From a bacterium (GTDB taxonomy: Bacteria > Zhuqueibacterota > Zhuqueibacteria > Residuimicrobiales > Krinioviventaceae), in assembly GCA_963675755.2 (NCBI GenBank), contig CAXXMD010000003.1, forward strand, positions 1,472,001 through 1,536,000: 64,000 bases of DNA, written 5' to 3'. The translations under genes were made by a program, and so were the position numbers. Under the pieces are notes generated by a model. It saw nothing but the letters and a program-made list of their open reading frames with translations, did no database searches and was not told the DNA's origin. Below are positions 50,516-61,800 of this stretch, piece after piece; the stretch's first letter is position 1, and the number at the start of each line of letters is the position of its first letter.

Positions 50516-51202
50516 ATGGCAAAGGAACTTACGCCCAAAGGTTCAATAATCTACAAGTTTCTGATTCTTGTTTTGGCTGTTGCCTTGGTGTTAACCATAA
50601 TTTACCCAAAACAAGTTTGGGATATGGCTGATAAAGAAACCAAGATATGTCAGGAACATATGGATCACATACTATATGCAGAATTGACTTATCTTAGTGA
50701 AAATAATGCTTATAATGATACACTTACAAAGGTTGTAGAATTTATTAAAAATGATTCTACCGGTGCCAGATTAAGAACATTCATGACAGCAGATTCTGTA
50801 TTAACACTTGACATTTATGCATATTTTCAGCAAGGTTCTGACAGCGTAGCTAAAACCCTGGTTGATTCATTGCGCGATTATGGTAGACGCTATGACCTGG
50901 ATACTACCGCAGCATTGGTATTTGACTCTTTAAGAGTTGTTGATGCAAACTATGGAGAAAAAATTGATTCTATAGCTTTTGCCGCACTTGAAGAGATGTT
51001 TAATTGCCCGTCTACTGATAAAGATTATGTCATTAAAGTAAATAATGATTCAACCTTTAAAAAGATTTCTATCACTTGTCCGATAGACTCTACAGATATT
51101 CTTGCTGTTGAAAAAGATTTTGTAAAAAGCACTTTGGGCGGTTATAAACTTGAAAACCATGGTTCAATCAATGAAAATGGTGAAAAAAGCTGGCAAAATT
51201 AA
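50516..51202 (+). CDS. pilin/pseudopilin-like membrane-anchored protein
   Basis: N-terminal TM after KG; long helix ICQEHMDHILYAELTY; paired CP motifs; C-terminal HGSI. Start at ATG 50516 after AGGAGG. Confidence 0.5.
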   Translation: MAKELTPKGSIIYKFLILVLAVALVLTIIYPKQVWDMADKETKICQEHMDHILYAELTYLSENNAYNDTLTKVVEFIKNDSTGARLRTFMTADSVLTLDIYAYFQQGSDSVAKTLVDSLRDYGRRYDLDTTAALVFDSLRVVDANYGEKIDSIAFAALEEMFNCPSTDKDYVIKVNNDSTFKKISITCPIDSTDILAVEKDFVKSTLGGYKLENHGSINENGEKSWQN

Positions 51203-51232
51203 ACATTAATACTCAAGAAAGAAGTATAGAAT

Positions 51233-52174
51233 ATGGCGATTAAAGGGGAAAAAATAAGTTTGGGAATCTATATGTCTGGCAAGGTATTGCGGATAATAGA
51301 AGCTCAAAGAGACAATGGCGATATAAAAATACTTCGCGTTGCCGAAACCGAATTGGAAGCCCCGTTTGTGCCAACAGCGTGTAAAGCGGTTTCTGCAGAA
51401 AAATTTTCTGATGCGATTAACTTGCTGGTAGAACAGGAAGGTATGCTGCCGGGGGCAGCCGACTTGGCAATTGATGGCAGAATGACTGTAGAACAGATTG
51501 TAGTTTTTGATAATGATCTTGATAATGCTATGCTTGAAGATCATATGGAATGGGAAGTTAACCAGCTTCTTGTTTCAAATAGAGATGAGTTTAATGTTAA
51601 TTATCAGTCTATAAAACCGCTCAAACCCGGGTTTGAGCGGTATCTCGTTGTTTCTGTCAGAAAAGAAATGATTCAATATATTCAAGATGTGTTTGACCAT
51701 TCTTCTTTGACATTAACAAGAATTGATATTGACAAGCTTGCGGCTTTGAAAACCTTTAAAGCGACGCAGCACAGTGAAGGATTATGTGCCCTTGTTAATT
51801 GCATGCCGGGAGTGTATGATATTATTCTTATCAATGATGGTGATTATGTACTCTCGCATGAAATTTCTTATTCTGAAAATCCAATAAAAGGTACGGATTC
51901 TTTAAATGTTGCAACTGATATTAATCATACCATAAACAATCTTTTGCAGCAGGTTAGTGAATCTATACAGGTTAACAGCCTTGAACAGGTTTACTTTTTT
52001 GGTGAAAATTTTAAATCCGAATTGCTCAATCACTTTGGGCAACAACAAAGCCGGTTTCAACCCATTCATTTCAATCCTTTTACCAGCTTACCATTGGATC
52101 TGGATTCCAATTCGCAGGAATTAATTGAACGATATCCCGAAAAGTTTGTATTTAGTCTGGGTATGGTTTTGTAG
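51233..52174 (+). CDS. PilM/FtsA-like actin-fold protein
   Basis: SLGIY...LRIIE, MEWEV.Q, YLVVSVRKE, IDID.LAAL, VYFFGE, FNPF, F..SLG. Confidence 0.65.
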   Translation: MAIKGEKISLGIYMSGKVLRIIEAQRDNGDIKILRVAETELEAPFVPTACKAVSAEKFSDAINLLVEQEGMLPGAADLAIDGRMTVEQIVVFDNDLDNAMLEDHMEWEVNQLLVSNRDEFNVNYQSIKPLKPGFERYLVVSVRKEMIQYIQDVFDHSSLTLTRIDIDKLAALKTFKATQHSEGLCALVNCMPGVYDIILINDGDYVLSHEISYSENPIKGTDSLNVATDINHTINNLLQQVSESIQVNSLEQVYFFGENFKSELLNHFGQQQSRFQPIHFNPFTSLPLDLDSNSQELIERYPEKFVFSLGMVL

Positions 52175-52222
52175 AAATGATAGATTCTTGTAATTAGTTT
52201 ATGGGGAAAAAGAGAGTTATTT

Positions 52223-53254
52223 ATGAATTTATTATTTGATAAGCGAGAACAATCATCCCAATCGGTTCCTGAAAGAGAATATACCCAGGATGATGTCATG
52301 TTCCATTCTGATGAAGCCGGTCCTGTAAAGGATAATAAAGCAGCATCAAAAACTAAAATAAAGAAACCTAAAAAACCGATGAAAATGGGATGGATTTATT
52401 TCATTCTCATCCCTTTAACAGTTGTGGTTTTGGTTATGGGGTATTTGTTTTATTTTCAAAAAGATCTTTTATTTAAACCTAAAGTACCAACTACCATAAC
52501 GCAAAAACAACATACTGTGTTGGATTCAAGTGAACAACAAACAGATCAGGATGTTCAACAACCGACCACTACTGAATCTATTGAGCAGCAACCTGTTGTT
52601 CAAAACCAACCTGTAAACCAATCTCAAACCGGAACAGAAAGAAAACCTGTGTCTCAGACAGGGCAAACAAGGGTTTCCACTCCTGTTACCAGAACACCAG
52701 CTTCGGGTCAATCCGTTGTTGCCGTTCAACTTGTAGATAACTTTTTGAACACTCTTCCTGCAAATGTTTCTTTGAGCAGTTTGTTCATTGATGAGAATAC
52801 ATTTTCTGTAGGTGTTAATACAACATCATCCTCCGCATTGAACAGTTACTATCAGTCTCTGTCTTCTTCGTTGCCAGCAGGTTCGGCTATTACAACAGAG
52901 CCTAAACTCACAGGCAGACAAACTCTAATTGCAGGTACTTATAGTAATGTTTCATCTCAACGCGGAACAAATCCCATTAGCGCTGCAAACATGAGAACCC
53001 AGATCAATAATATTATTAATAAAAACAGTGTATTAAAACATGAAATTACAGTGGGTGCACCCAAAGCCTGGAACAGTGGTAAAAGATCTCAGGTCTTTGT
53101 GAAAATATCCGGACAAATGAATAATTGTCAAAATGTGGTAACGGATATTTTTAACAGTGGATGGGATGTATCCCTTTCTAAAATAATTGTAATGCCGGTC
53201 AATAAATCCAATGGTACATTGGTGTTGAGATTTTTCCTGAACAACCCGGCATAA
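52223..53254 (+). CDS. bitopic membrane protein with Gln/Thr/Pro linker and PilN/PilO-like periplasmic domains
   Basis: Single TM, low-complexity linker, LP.NV.LSSL pattern; position after the PilM-like gene. Confidence 0.45.
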   Translation: MNLLFDKREQSSQSVPEREYTQDDVMFHSDEAGPVKDNKAASKTKIKKPKKPMKMGWIYFILIPLTVVVLVMGYLFYFQKDLLFKPKVPTTITQKQHTVLDSSEQQTDQDVQQPTTTESIEQQPVVQNQPVNQSQTGTERKPVSQTGQTRVSTPVTRTPASGQSVVAVQLVDNFLNTLPANVSLSSLFIDENTFSVGVNTTSSSALNSYYQSLSSSLPAGSAITTEPKLTGRQTLIAGTYSNVSSQRGTNPISAANMRTQINNIINKNSVLKHEITVGAPKAWNSGKRSQVFVKISGQMNNCQNVVTDIFNSGWDVSLSKIIVMPVNKSNGTLVLRFFLNNPA

Positions 53255-53272
53255 AACAGAATTCTAAAATTG

Positions 53273-53314
53273 GCCCCTTAATGATCGGACACAGGAACCT
53301 GGTTGTCAAGGGGC
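53273..53314 (+). terminator. hairpin after the PilM-like cluster
   Basis: GCCCCTT...AAGGGGC stem extended by G-U pairs. Confidence 0.4.
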
Positions 53315-53333
53315 ATTTATATAATATATTAAA

Positions 53334-53879
53334 ATGCGTGTAATATCCGGTCAGTTTAAAGGACATAAATTATTTACTCCCAAAGATCAATGGATCAGGC
53401 CAACTACAGACAGAACACGCGAGTTTTTATTCTCGTATCTGAATGATAAAATAAACCAGGCCCACGTTCTTGATTTATTTGCAGGTACTGGCAGTTTTGG
53501 AATTGAAGCCCTAAGCAGACATGCTGCCTCGGTTGTTTTTGTAGACCAGTCAAATGTTGCCTGCGAGTTGGTTCAAAAAAACCTGGATAAAGTGAGAGCG
53601 CAGGCAAAGGTTTATAGAAAAAATGCCAAGGCATTTCTACTTCAAGAGCACGCAATTCAACAACAATATGATATTGTATTTTGTGATCCTCCTTATCGGT
53701 TTGAATATAAACAGAAATTGTTACAGTTGATTTTAGATCAAAATGTTTTAACTCCGGAAGGTCTTGTTATTTACGAGTCTGATGCAAAAGAAGATGTTCC
53801 GGTTCCGGATGGAATGATTGTCATTAAAGAAAAAAAAATGGGAACAACCAAAATAACAGTGTTGAAAAAAGATGACTGA
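53334..53879 (+). CDS. rsmD: 16S rRNA m2G966 methyltransferase
   Basis: MRVISG..KG, RPTTDR.RE, LDLFAGTG.FGIEALSR, DPPY. Confidence 0.95.
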   Translation: MRVISGQFKGHKLFTPKDQWIRPTTDRTREFLFSYLNDKINQAHVLDLFAGTGSFGIEALSRHAASVVFVDQSNVACELVQKNLDKVRAQAKVYRKNAKAFLLQEHAIQQQYDIVFCDPPYRFEYKQKLLQLILDQNVLTPEGLVIYESDAKEDVPVPDGMIVIKEKKMGTTKITVLKKDD

Positions 53880-54369
53880 GCATATAGATAAAATTGCTAT
53901 TTACCCGGGTTCGTTTGATCCTATAACAAACGGACATATTGATATTATTAAGCGGGCCAGTCTCATGTTCGACAAGGTTATTGTCGCGGTTGCTCAGAAT
54001 AAGAATAAAAAACCCCTGTTTTCTGAACAGGAACGTGTGGAAATGATTCGCGATTCGATTGTTGAAATCCCCCATGTTTCAGTTGACAGTTTTCAGGGAT
54101 TACTTGTAAAGTATGCCCAGGAGACCGGGTCTATTGCTATCATTAGAGGTCTTCGGGCTGTTTCAGATTTTGAATATGAATTTCAAATGGCGTTGATGAA
54201 TCGTAAACTGGCTAAAGATATTATTACGGTTTTTTTAATGCCGCATGAAAGATATAGTTATTTGAATTCAAGTATAGTTAAAGAATTGGCGATGTTAGAC
54301 GGGGATATTGATTGTTTTGTGCCCGTACATGTGAAAGAAAAATTATTAGAAAAGATGAGGAACCAATGA
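53872..54369 (+). CDS. coaD: phosphopantetheine adenylyltransferase
   Basis: [26 protein letters not shown]. Confidence 0.97.
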   Translation: MTEHIDKIAIYPGSFDPITNGHIDIIKRASLMFDKVIVAVAQNKNKKPLFSEQERVEMIRDSIVEIPHVSVDSFQGLLVKYAQETGSIAIIRGLRAVSDFEYEFQMALMNRKLAKDIITVFLMPHERYSYLNSSIVKELAMLDGDIDCFVPVHVKEKLLEKMRNQ

Positions 54370-55340
54370 AAGTATTGCAGCAAATTCAACAAAAAGCGCA
54401 GCAGAATCTGAAACCGATTTTGTTTCCGGAAGCTGAAGATGAGCGCGTTTTAAAAGCGGTAGAGATTTGTCATCAAAATAAATATGTAATTCCTATTTTG
54501 GTTGGGAACAAACAGAATGTTTCTGAAGCAGCTAAAGCAGCAGGTGTTGATATTTCTCTTTATGAATTGATTGATCCCGAAACTGATGATAAACGCGGCG
54601 AATATATTGAAGAGTATTATAATTTGCGTAAACACAAAGGTATGACTCACGAAAAAGCAGAAAAGATTATTGCCAATCCTTTGTTTTATTCAGCAATGAT
54701 GGTACGCAAGGGTAGAGCACATGCCAGTGTAGCCGGTGCCGTCAATACTACTGCAAATGTACTTCGTTCAGGTATTCACATTATTGGTGTTAAAGAGGGT
54801 TTCAAGGTTGTCTCTAGTACATTCCTGATGGTTCTTCCTGATGGCCGTGCGTTAACCTATGCAGATTGCGGTGTTGTACCGAATCCCAATTCAGAAGAAT
54901 TGGCAGACATTGCCATTGCTTCTGCGCAAACCCACCAGGAGCTGACCGGTGAAGAACCTGTTGTAGCGTTGTTGTCTTTTTCTACCAAGGGCAGTGCTCA
55001 ACATCCTGATGTTGATAAGGTTATCAAGGCGGTAGAAATTGCACAAGAAAGAAGACCCGATCTGGCGCTTGACGGTGAATTACAGGCAGATGCCGCTTTG
55101 ATTGAAGCCATTGGCCGTAAAAAATCACCAGACAGTAAAGTTGCCGGAAGAGCTAATGTATTGATCTTTCCCGATCTAGGAGCCGGAAATATTGCGTATA
55201 AATTAACTGAACGTTTGGCGGGTGCTGTAGCGTTAGGTCCATTGATTCAGGGACTTGCTAAACCTGCTAACGATTTGTCACGCGGTTGCAGTACGGATGA
55301 TATTGTTACCGTTGCTTGTATCAGCAGTATTAGAACATAA
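54366..55340 (+). CDS. pta: phosphate acetyltransferase
   Basis: [48 protein letters not shown]. Start ATG 54366 overlaps the coaD stop. Confidence 0.94.
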   Translation: MKVLQQIQQKAQQNLKPILFPEAEDERVLKAVEICHQNKYVIPILVGNKQNVSEAAKAAGVDISLYELIDPETDDKRGEYIEEYYNLRKHKGMTHEKAEKIIANPLFYSAMMVRKGRAHASVAGAVNTTANVLRSGIHIIGVKEGFKVVSSTFLMVLPDGRALTYADCGVVPNPNSEELADIAIASAQTHQELTGEEPVVALLSFSTKGSAQHPDVDKVIKAVEIAQERRPDLALDGELQADAALIEAIGRKKSPDSKVAGRANVLIFPDLGAGNIAYKLTERLAGAVALGPLIQGLAKPANDLSRGCSTDDIVTVACISSIRT

Positions 55341-55371
55341 TTTATTTTATATAGATAAAAAGGAGATCGAT

Positions 55372-56556
55372 ATGCCTCATATTTCAAAACGATTATCTCA
55401 GATCAGCGAGTCTCAAACCGTAGCATTGAATGGTCTTATGGCTAAAATGAAACGGGAAGGCAAAGATGTAGTAGCATTGGGTGCGGGTGAACCGGATTTT
55501 GATACTCCGGACCATATTAAAGATGCCGCGATTGAATCTATTAAAGCCGGCTTTACAAAGTATACCCCTGCAGATGGTTTGATGGATCTGCGTGAAGCAA
55601 TTTGTGACTGGATCAAAAACGAATATGGGGCAGAATATCAGCCAAATGAAGTGGTTGTTACCTGTGGCGCCAAACACGCGGTATATGAAGGTATACTGTC
55701 TGTTACTGATCCTGGTGATGAAATTTTGTTACCAGCACCGTATTGGGTGAGTTATCCTGAACAAATTAAAATGGCAGGTGGTGTTGCCAAGATTTTAGAA
55801 ACCAGTCAGGAAAACGGTTTAAAAATTACACCCGAACAGTTAAAAAGTGCGATAACAGATAAAACCCGTCTGCTGATATTGAATTCTCCCAGTAATCCCT
55901 CTGGTGCTGTATACAACAAGGAAGAGATAGAGGCTCTGGTTAAAGTGATCAAGGAAACCGGTATTTATGTCATGTCTGATGAAATTTATGATATGATTAT
56001 ATACGACAACATGGAATACACCAGTCTTACACAATACCCTGAAATTCGTGATCAGCTCTTGCTGGTGAATGGTGTTTCCAAAAGTTTTGCAATGACCGGC
56101 TGGAGAATTGGCTTTCTAGCTGCGCATAAAGACTTGATTACCGCAGTAAAAAAATACCAGGGACACAGTACATCGAATCCTACTTCTATCTCTCAAAAAG
56201 CAGCACTGGCAGGATACAATGGTCAAAAGGATTTCCTGAAAGAAATGAACAAGGCGTTTACCGAACGTCGTAATTATGTACATAAACGATTGAATGATAT
56301 GGAAGGTGTAAAGTGTATGATGCCGCAAGGTGCATTCTATGCTTTTCCGGATTTTTCATATTATTTTGGTAAAAAGAACATCAATTCATCAATTGATTTG
56401 TGCGGTTATCTGCTTGAAGAATTTAATGTAGCAATTGTACCAGGTGTTGCTTTTGGTGTAGATACAAATGCCCGGTTGTCATTTGCAACATCTATGGAAA
56501 TGTTGGAAAAAGCGCTTGACCGAATTGAGGATGGGTTGAAATCATTATTGAAGTGA
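55372..56556 (+). CDS. aspC: PLP-dependent class I/II aminotransferase (aspartate aminotransferase-like)
   Basis: GEPDFDTP, NSPSNPSG, SDEIY, SKSFAMTGWRIG. Start ATG 55372 after AAGGAG. Confidence 0.9.
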   Translation: MPHISKRLSQISESQTVALNGLMAKMKREGKDVVALGAGEPDFDTPDHIKDAAIESIKAGFTKYTPADGLMDLREAICDWIKNEYGAEYQPNEVVVTCGAKHAVYEGILSVTDPGDEILLPAPYWVSYPEQIKMAGGVAKILETSQENGLKITPEQLKSAITDKTRLLILNSPSNPSGAVYNKEEIEALVKVIKETGIYVMSDEIYDMIIYDNMEYTSLTQYPEIRDQLLLVNGVSKSFAMTGWRIGFLAAHKDLITAVKKYQGHSTSNPTSISQKAALAGYNGQKDFLKEMNKAFTERRNYVHKRLNDMEGVKCMMPQGAFYAFPDFSYYFGKKNINSSIDLCGYLLEEFNVAIVPGVAFGVDTNARLSFATSMEMLEKALDRIEDGLKSLLK

Positions 56557-56566
56557 GGTCAGAATA

Positions 56567-56836
56567 ATGCCAACCTATGAATATGTGTGTCGTGCTTGTG
56601 GACACGAATTTGAAAAATTTCAAAGCATAACGGCCGATCCTGTCAAGGTTTGTCCTGTGTGTAAAGAGGAACAGGTACAAAAACGGATTAGCGGTGGGAA
56701 CGGTCTTATATTTAAAGGATCCGGATTTTATATAACGGATTATAAAAATTCCAAAACATCAACTGGCTCCAAGGCTGAAAAGAAACCTGAAAAAAAAGCC
56801 AAGGAAGAAAAGAAACCAACCGCAAAAACCGAATAG
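56567..56836 (+). CDS. FmdB-family zinc ribbon protein
   Basis: MPTYEY.C..CGH.FE..CP.C..FKGSGFY.TDY. Confidence 0.92.
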   Translation: MPTYEYVCRACGHEFEKFQSITADPVKVCPVCKEEQVQKRISGGNGLIFKGSGFYITDYKNSKTSTGSKAEKKPEKKAKEEKKPTAKTE

Positions 56837-56847
56837 TTTTGGTGTAA

Positions 56848-57981
56848 ATGCAAAATATCGGTCTAAATAGTAATTTAAAACTGGGTGAAAAAACGTTTCA
56901 CATTCAAACCAGTTTTCATGCAGATACGCTTAAAATAAGCGCCGGAATCTTTGACGGGGGCACTGTTATTGATCAACGTGAAAGATCGTTGGATACAGAT
57001 GTGCCCCCGGTTCAGTATGGTCAAGAGTTAAAGGTCTTTCACGAGTATATTATTTCTGATCTTGAAATGCTTTTTGCTATTGCTGAACGGGCCGAGGCTT
57101 CTGAACATATACCTTCAAGGAAAAGTCTGGGAACCCTGTATTTGAAAAAAGGGTTTGTAGATCATGCCATAGAACAGTTTCAATATATTAGAGAGCAGAC
57201 CAAAGGGGAGCAGCATTGCAATTTTGAACTGGGGCAGTGTTTTCATGAAAAGGGTGATTATGATAAAGCCCTGGAATATTTACAGGCAGCCGTAATTGAT
57301 ACCAATCAATATGCGGATCTCCACCTGATTTTAGCGGATACATATCGGGAATTAAAAAGTTATAAATTTTCTATAAACCATATTGAAAAAGCAATTAATA
57401 TCAATGAACAATATCACGAAGCTTATTTTCTATATGCGCTCATACTTTTAGAAAGTATTATAGAGGTTCCACATTATTCAAGAATGAGCAGTCCTGAAAA
57501 CCGATTAAAGCAAGCACTTGATTTTTTAAACAAGGCAATTTCATTATCACCGCGGTATGATAATCATTTGTTGGAAGCCGTACTGGAATTGTTCAATGAT
57601 TCGAAAAACATTGAACAGGCAATCTCGCTCATGGTGCGCGAGAGAAACAAACAACGGTTATGGAAAAAACAACAAGTTGATGATTCTGAATTTTATCTTA
57701 AATTCATGTTTGCGGGTTTGGATCAGGATGAACAGGGGGTAGACCACTATATTCATTCCATCGAAAAAATGATTCAGGACCATCCGGAATATGCGGATCT
57801 GCATTTTAGTTTGGGTAAAGCATATCTGGTCAAAACCTGGCATTTTTTAACAAAATCCAGCAATGCCATTCAAAATGCGGTAGAGCAGAATCCGGAATAT
57901 ATCAAGGCCCAAAAGACGTTAAGACTATTGGAAAATGATAAAAAGGGATTTTTAAATTTATTAAAAACGGTTCTGGAATAA
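56848..57981 (+). CDS. cytoplasmic TPR-repeat protein
   Basis: Repeated TPR units (YADLH..LA, HPEYADLHFSLG, QNPEY); distinct N-terminal domain GLNSNL..GEKTFHIQT. Confidence 0.8.
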   Translation: MQNIGLNSNLKLGEKTFHIQTSFHADTLKISAGIFDGGTVIDQRERSLDTDVPPVQYGQELKVFHEYIISDLEMLFAIAERAEASEHIPSRKSLGTLYLKKGFVDHAIEQFQYIREQTKGEQHCNFELGQCFHEKGDYDKALEYLQAAVIDTNQYADLHLILADTYRELKSYKFSINHIEKAININEQYHEAYFLYALILLESIIEVPHYSRMSSPENRLKQALDFLNKAISLSPRYDNHLLEAVLELFNDSKNIEQAISLMVRERNKQRLWKKQQVDDSEFYLKFMFAGLDQDEQGVDHYIHSIEKMIQDHPEYADLHFSLGKAYLVKTWHFLTKSSNAIQNAVEQNPEYIKAQKTLRLLENDKKGFLNLLKTVLE

Positions 57982-58338
57982 CTGCCGCTGCGTTATCAAA
58001 ACTAATCCTCCATTCTGTGATATCGGTCATGATTTTGATTATAAAACAGTCTATCTTTTTACGTATATAGATCGGAATGATGGTACTGTCAGAATTAAAT
58101 AAGAGGGTCAAAATCCATATTTGTGTTTTGATAGAAAATCTGGCATTATGTTTGCGTTTAAGTAGCTGTTTTGTCAAAAAACATGAGGAAAAGGGTAATT
58201 TCGCATGAAAAAAGACATCAAAAAAAGGAAAAAATGACCCCCATAGGAAAATAGTACTTGTTTTATATGCATTGTTTTCATTAACTTTACAAGTTAAAGT
58301 AAAACTTTAAGTGTTAACCATAAAGGTGAAATTTTATC

Positions 58339-58803
58339 ATGAAAACCTGTAAAACAACATTTTTTATCATACTGGTACTCGTTTTGAGTCAGAGTGTATT
58401 ATCTCAGCAACTGGTGTCCGTTTCTGCAACACAATTACAACCCGGAAAGCAAGCCGGGTACACATTTGTAATCGAAACGGAACAGGACCTGTCTGCAAAT
58501 GCAGTGGTTCGCATTGATTTTCCGTCAGAATTTTTGCTGGACAATGTCAAGATGGCAGCGTCTTCATCTTTTACCGGCGGTTTGGATGTGGTTGTAGATA
58601 ACAACACAGTTGAATTACAAAGAAAGGGTTTGGGAGAGGTGGCTCCGGCAGGTCAGTTGGATTTTTATGTGGCTGCTGTTAATAATCCAAATGACATGGA
58701 GCAGGATTATCAATTCAACGTAACCATTCTTGATAATGATCAGGAACTTGCCAACGGAACGTTTCAAACAAGAATACAACAACAAGAAAATTCAAACCAA
58801 TAA
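58339..58803 (+). CDS. small secreted single Ig-like-domain protein
   Basis: Signal peptide; beta-rich; similar to the first domain of the downstream giant protein. Confidence 0.75.
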   Translation: MKTCKTTFFIILVLVLSQSVLSQQLVSVSATQLQPGKQAGYTFVIETEQDLSANAVVRIDFPSEFLLDNVKMAASSSFTGGLDVVVDNNTVELQRKGLGEVAPAGQLDFYVAAVNNPNDMEQDYQFNVTILDNDQELANGTFQTRIQQQENSNQ

Positions 58804-58838
58804 AAATGTTTTATTGAGAGAATCTAGAGGATTTATCT

Positions 58839-61800
58839 GTGAAAACAAAAACTCGTATATATATCGGTCTTTTTGTATTGCTGTTTGCGGTACAAACTTT
58901 TGCTAGTATTGTAACACTTGATATCACACCCAGTGACACTGAATATGGGCAACAGGCATTGTATGAGTTACAGTATACTGCTGCCCAACCGGGTCAGGTG
59001 ATTTCAAGTACAGATTGGTTCGAATTTACATTTACTTCGGAATTTAATCTTGCATACCTCACAGCTATTACATTTCCAAACACGAATCCGGAATCTTATG
59101 GTGGGTTTGAACCTACCTGGAATTTTGTCAATAATGCCTCGGGCCAGCAAACAATAAGGGTGAGACGTGATGGTACGGGAACTACTATTGATCCTGGCGA
59201 TCAGGTTACGATTTATTTATCCATGATTACCAATCCTGAAAATCCGACTCCAGTTGATCAGATAAGTTTTGCAACATATAAAGATTCAGATGCGACAGAT
59301 TCAAACCCATTTTCTGATCCTGTTGATCAATCAAACCCTACAACAGTTGTCCTACAAGGACCTATTGTATCTTTTGATCTTTATACGGCTGCTGCATCCA
59401 TTACTGCCGGTTCTGCTTTTCCGTTACAGGTTATTAATGCGGTTGATGGGCATGGTAACCCAGCCGGTATACCCGCAGCTATACCGGCTGACAATGTAAA
59501 TGAACGGACGGTAAGAATAGAGTTAACTTCTGACCAAACCGCACCTGATGGTACCGCACCGGTTGTTGCAGATATTATCGTTGAAAATGGTACTGGTTCT
59601 GCCGGGCAGACTTTGTATAATGCAGCTACCAATGTGCAATTTGTTGGAACGCTTTTAACCGATCCTACGGTTACAGATAATATAAATATTACTACTGTTA
59701 ATAATGCGGCAGTAGATCACCTGGAGATGACAGGGTATCCTGCAACTATAGATGCTACAGATACGTTTCCAAACCCGGTTGTTGTAACCGCTCAGGATGT
59801 GTATAACAATACCGTAACCAATTATACGGGTACGGTATCTTTTACGACGACATCAACACGTTATACACTTCCTAACGCCTATACATTTGTTTCAGGAGAT
59901 TTGGGGCAAAGAAGCTTTTCGGGTATTCGTTTACAGGATTCAGGTAACCAGACAATAACCGTAAATGATGGAACACGCTCAACCACTTCAGATATCATTG
60001 TAGTTAATGGTGGTAACCTGGCTTTATTTACGTTTGGTGTAAGCCCGGCGTTAGCTATTGCCGGTGAACCGGTTACGCTATCAATAACCGGTGCGCAAGA
60101 CGCTTCGGGAAATCCATTGAACGAATCATTCACACTTGCATTTGATGATGCCGGCTCACATACATCTCCAAATGGAGAAACCCCGGTTTTGCCAAGTGTA
60201 TTGAATGTTGTGAATGGCTCAGGCAGTGTTCAGATAAATCTTTTCAATGCAGAACTGTCTCTTACTATTAACGCAACAGCAAACTCCATTACCCGATCTG
60301 TAAACTTTGATGTGCAACCGGGATCACTTGAAGAATTTGATCTTGCCGGTGTACCGGTATCTGTTGACAGCGGTGCAACGTTTACAAATGCTATTACAGT
60401 TACTGCTCTTGATGATTTTGGTAATGTTAAAACCAACTATACCGGAACCGTTCAATTTACTTCTACTGATACAAAGGTTGAAGTAGATTTGCCAAGCAGT
60501 ACCACGTTGTTTAATGGTGTTCGTGCTTTTCCGGGTGCAGATTTTTCTTTACATACGGTTGGTAATCAGACCATTACTGTTGCAGATATTTCGGCTGGTG
60601 TGGCAACCGAATCAAATTATATCCAGGTGAAAAGCATACCCACGGATATTGAAATAGTCAGTATAACACCGTCACAAACAACGGTAACCCAGGGACAAAC
60701 GGCAGACTGGACGGTCGCAATTGTAGTTAGAAATAACAGTACAACAACACCCATCCAATTGTCAAGTAATTCTACACAATCTTATATTCAGTTTAAACGA
60801 GGTACTGTAGATACCGGATATGATATTACCGGTCCTACGGGAACGTTTTCTATTCCTGCAACAGGAACAACAACCCTGACCTATACAGTAAGTGAAACCG
60901 GTACAATGACCGGAACACTTGATATATTTGCACGTGTTGCAACAATAAGCGGTGATCATACCACTTCAACTTTGGATGAAGTTTACAGTGGTGTTGAAGT
61001 GCAAACTCCTGAGAATATTCAGATCGTTTCCGCAACACCTTCTCAGCCTGAAGTTGTGGCGGGTGATGATACACACAGTTGGACTGTTGAGGTTGAAGTT
61101 GAAAATACCGGCGGTAGTACCGTTGACTTTGATTTTTCACGTACATCACTTGTTTCTTCCGCACAGGTCACGCACACCCGTCCATCAGCATTTACTGACC
61201 TGAGTACCACCCTGGCACCGGACGAGTCAAAAACCATGGTTTTTACTGTTACAGAAAATGGTTCCACAACCGGAACTCATAATTTGAATGTAAGACTCAG
61301 TTACCAGGTTCAGAATACACTGGAAGTAAAAGAACCAACTGTTAGCAGTGGCGCTTCGGTAGATGTTGTGAGCGCTTCCAATTTACAGATAACAGATATT
61401 ACACCATCTCGAACTACTATTTCAATCGGTAGTTCAACAGAATGGGATATTACCGTTGACCTCTCAAATAATGGCGGTTCTGATGTAGAAATTGATTTAA
61501 CCCAGGCATATACATGGATTAAATTCTATTCTGCATCAGCCCAGGAACTGAACGATGTTGATCTTACTTGGCCAACGGAATTGGAAATTGCCGGAGGTAC
61601 AACACTGGCTGCAGGATCAACAGATCAATTGATTTTCCATGTTACATCCAATACCTTTACTTCCGGTACCATGAATATTGTCGGTCGGGTTCAGGGTACT
61701 GAAGCTAACCGGAGTTTGGTGATTAGTGATGTAACTGTTGCGAATGACGGTGTTTCCGGAACGGTTGTTATGCAGACACCGCCAAACGTTACCTATGTAA

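Noticed and set aside
57902-58177. 91-aa minus-strand ORF in the intergenic region
   Set aside because: Non-ATG start, overlaps the TPR gene end, no motif or RBS.
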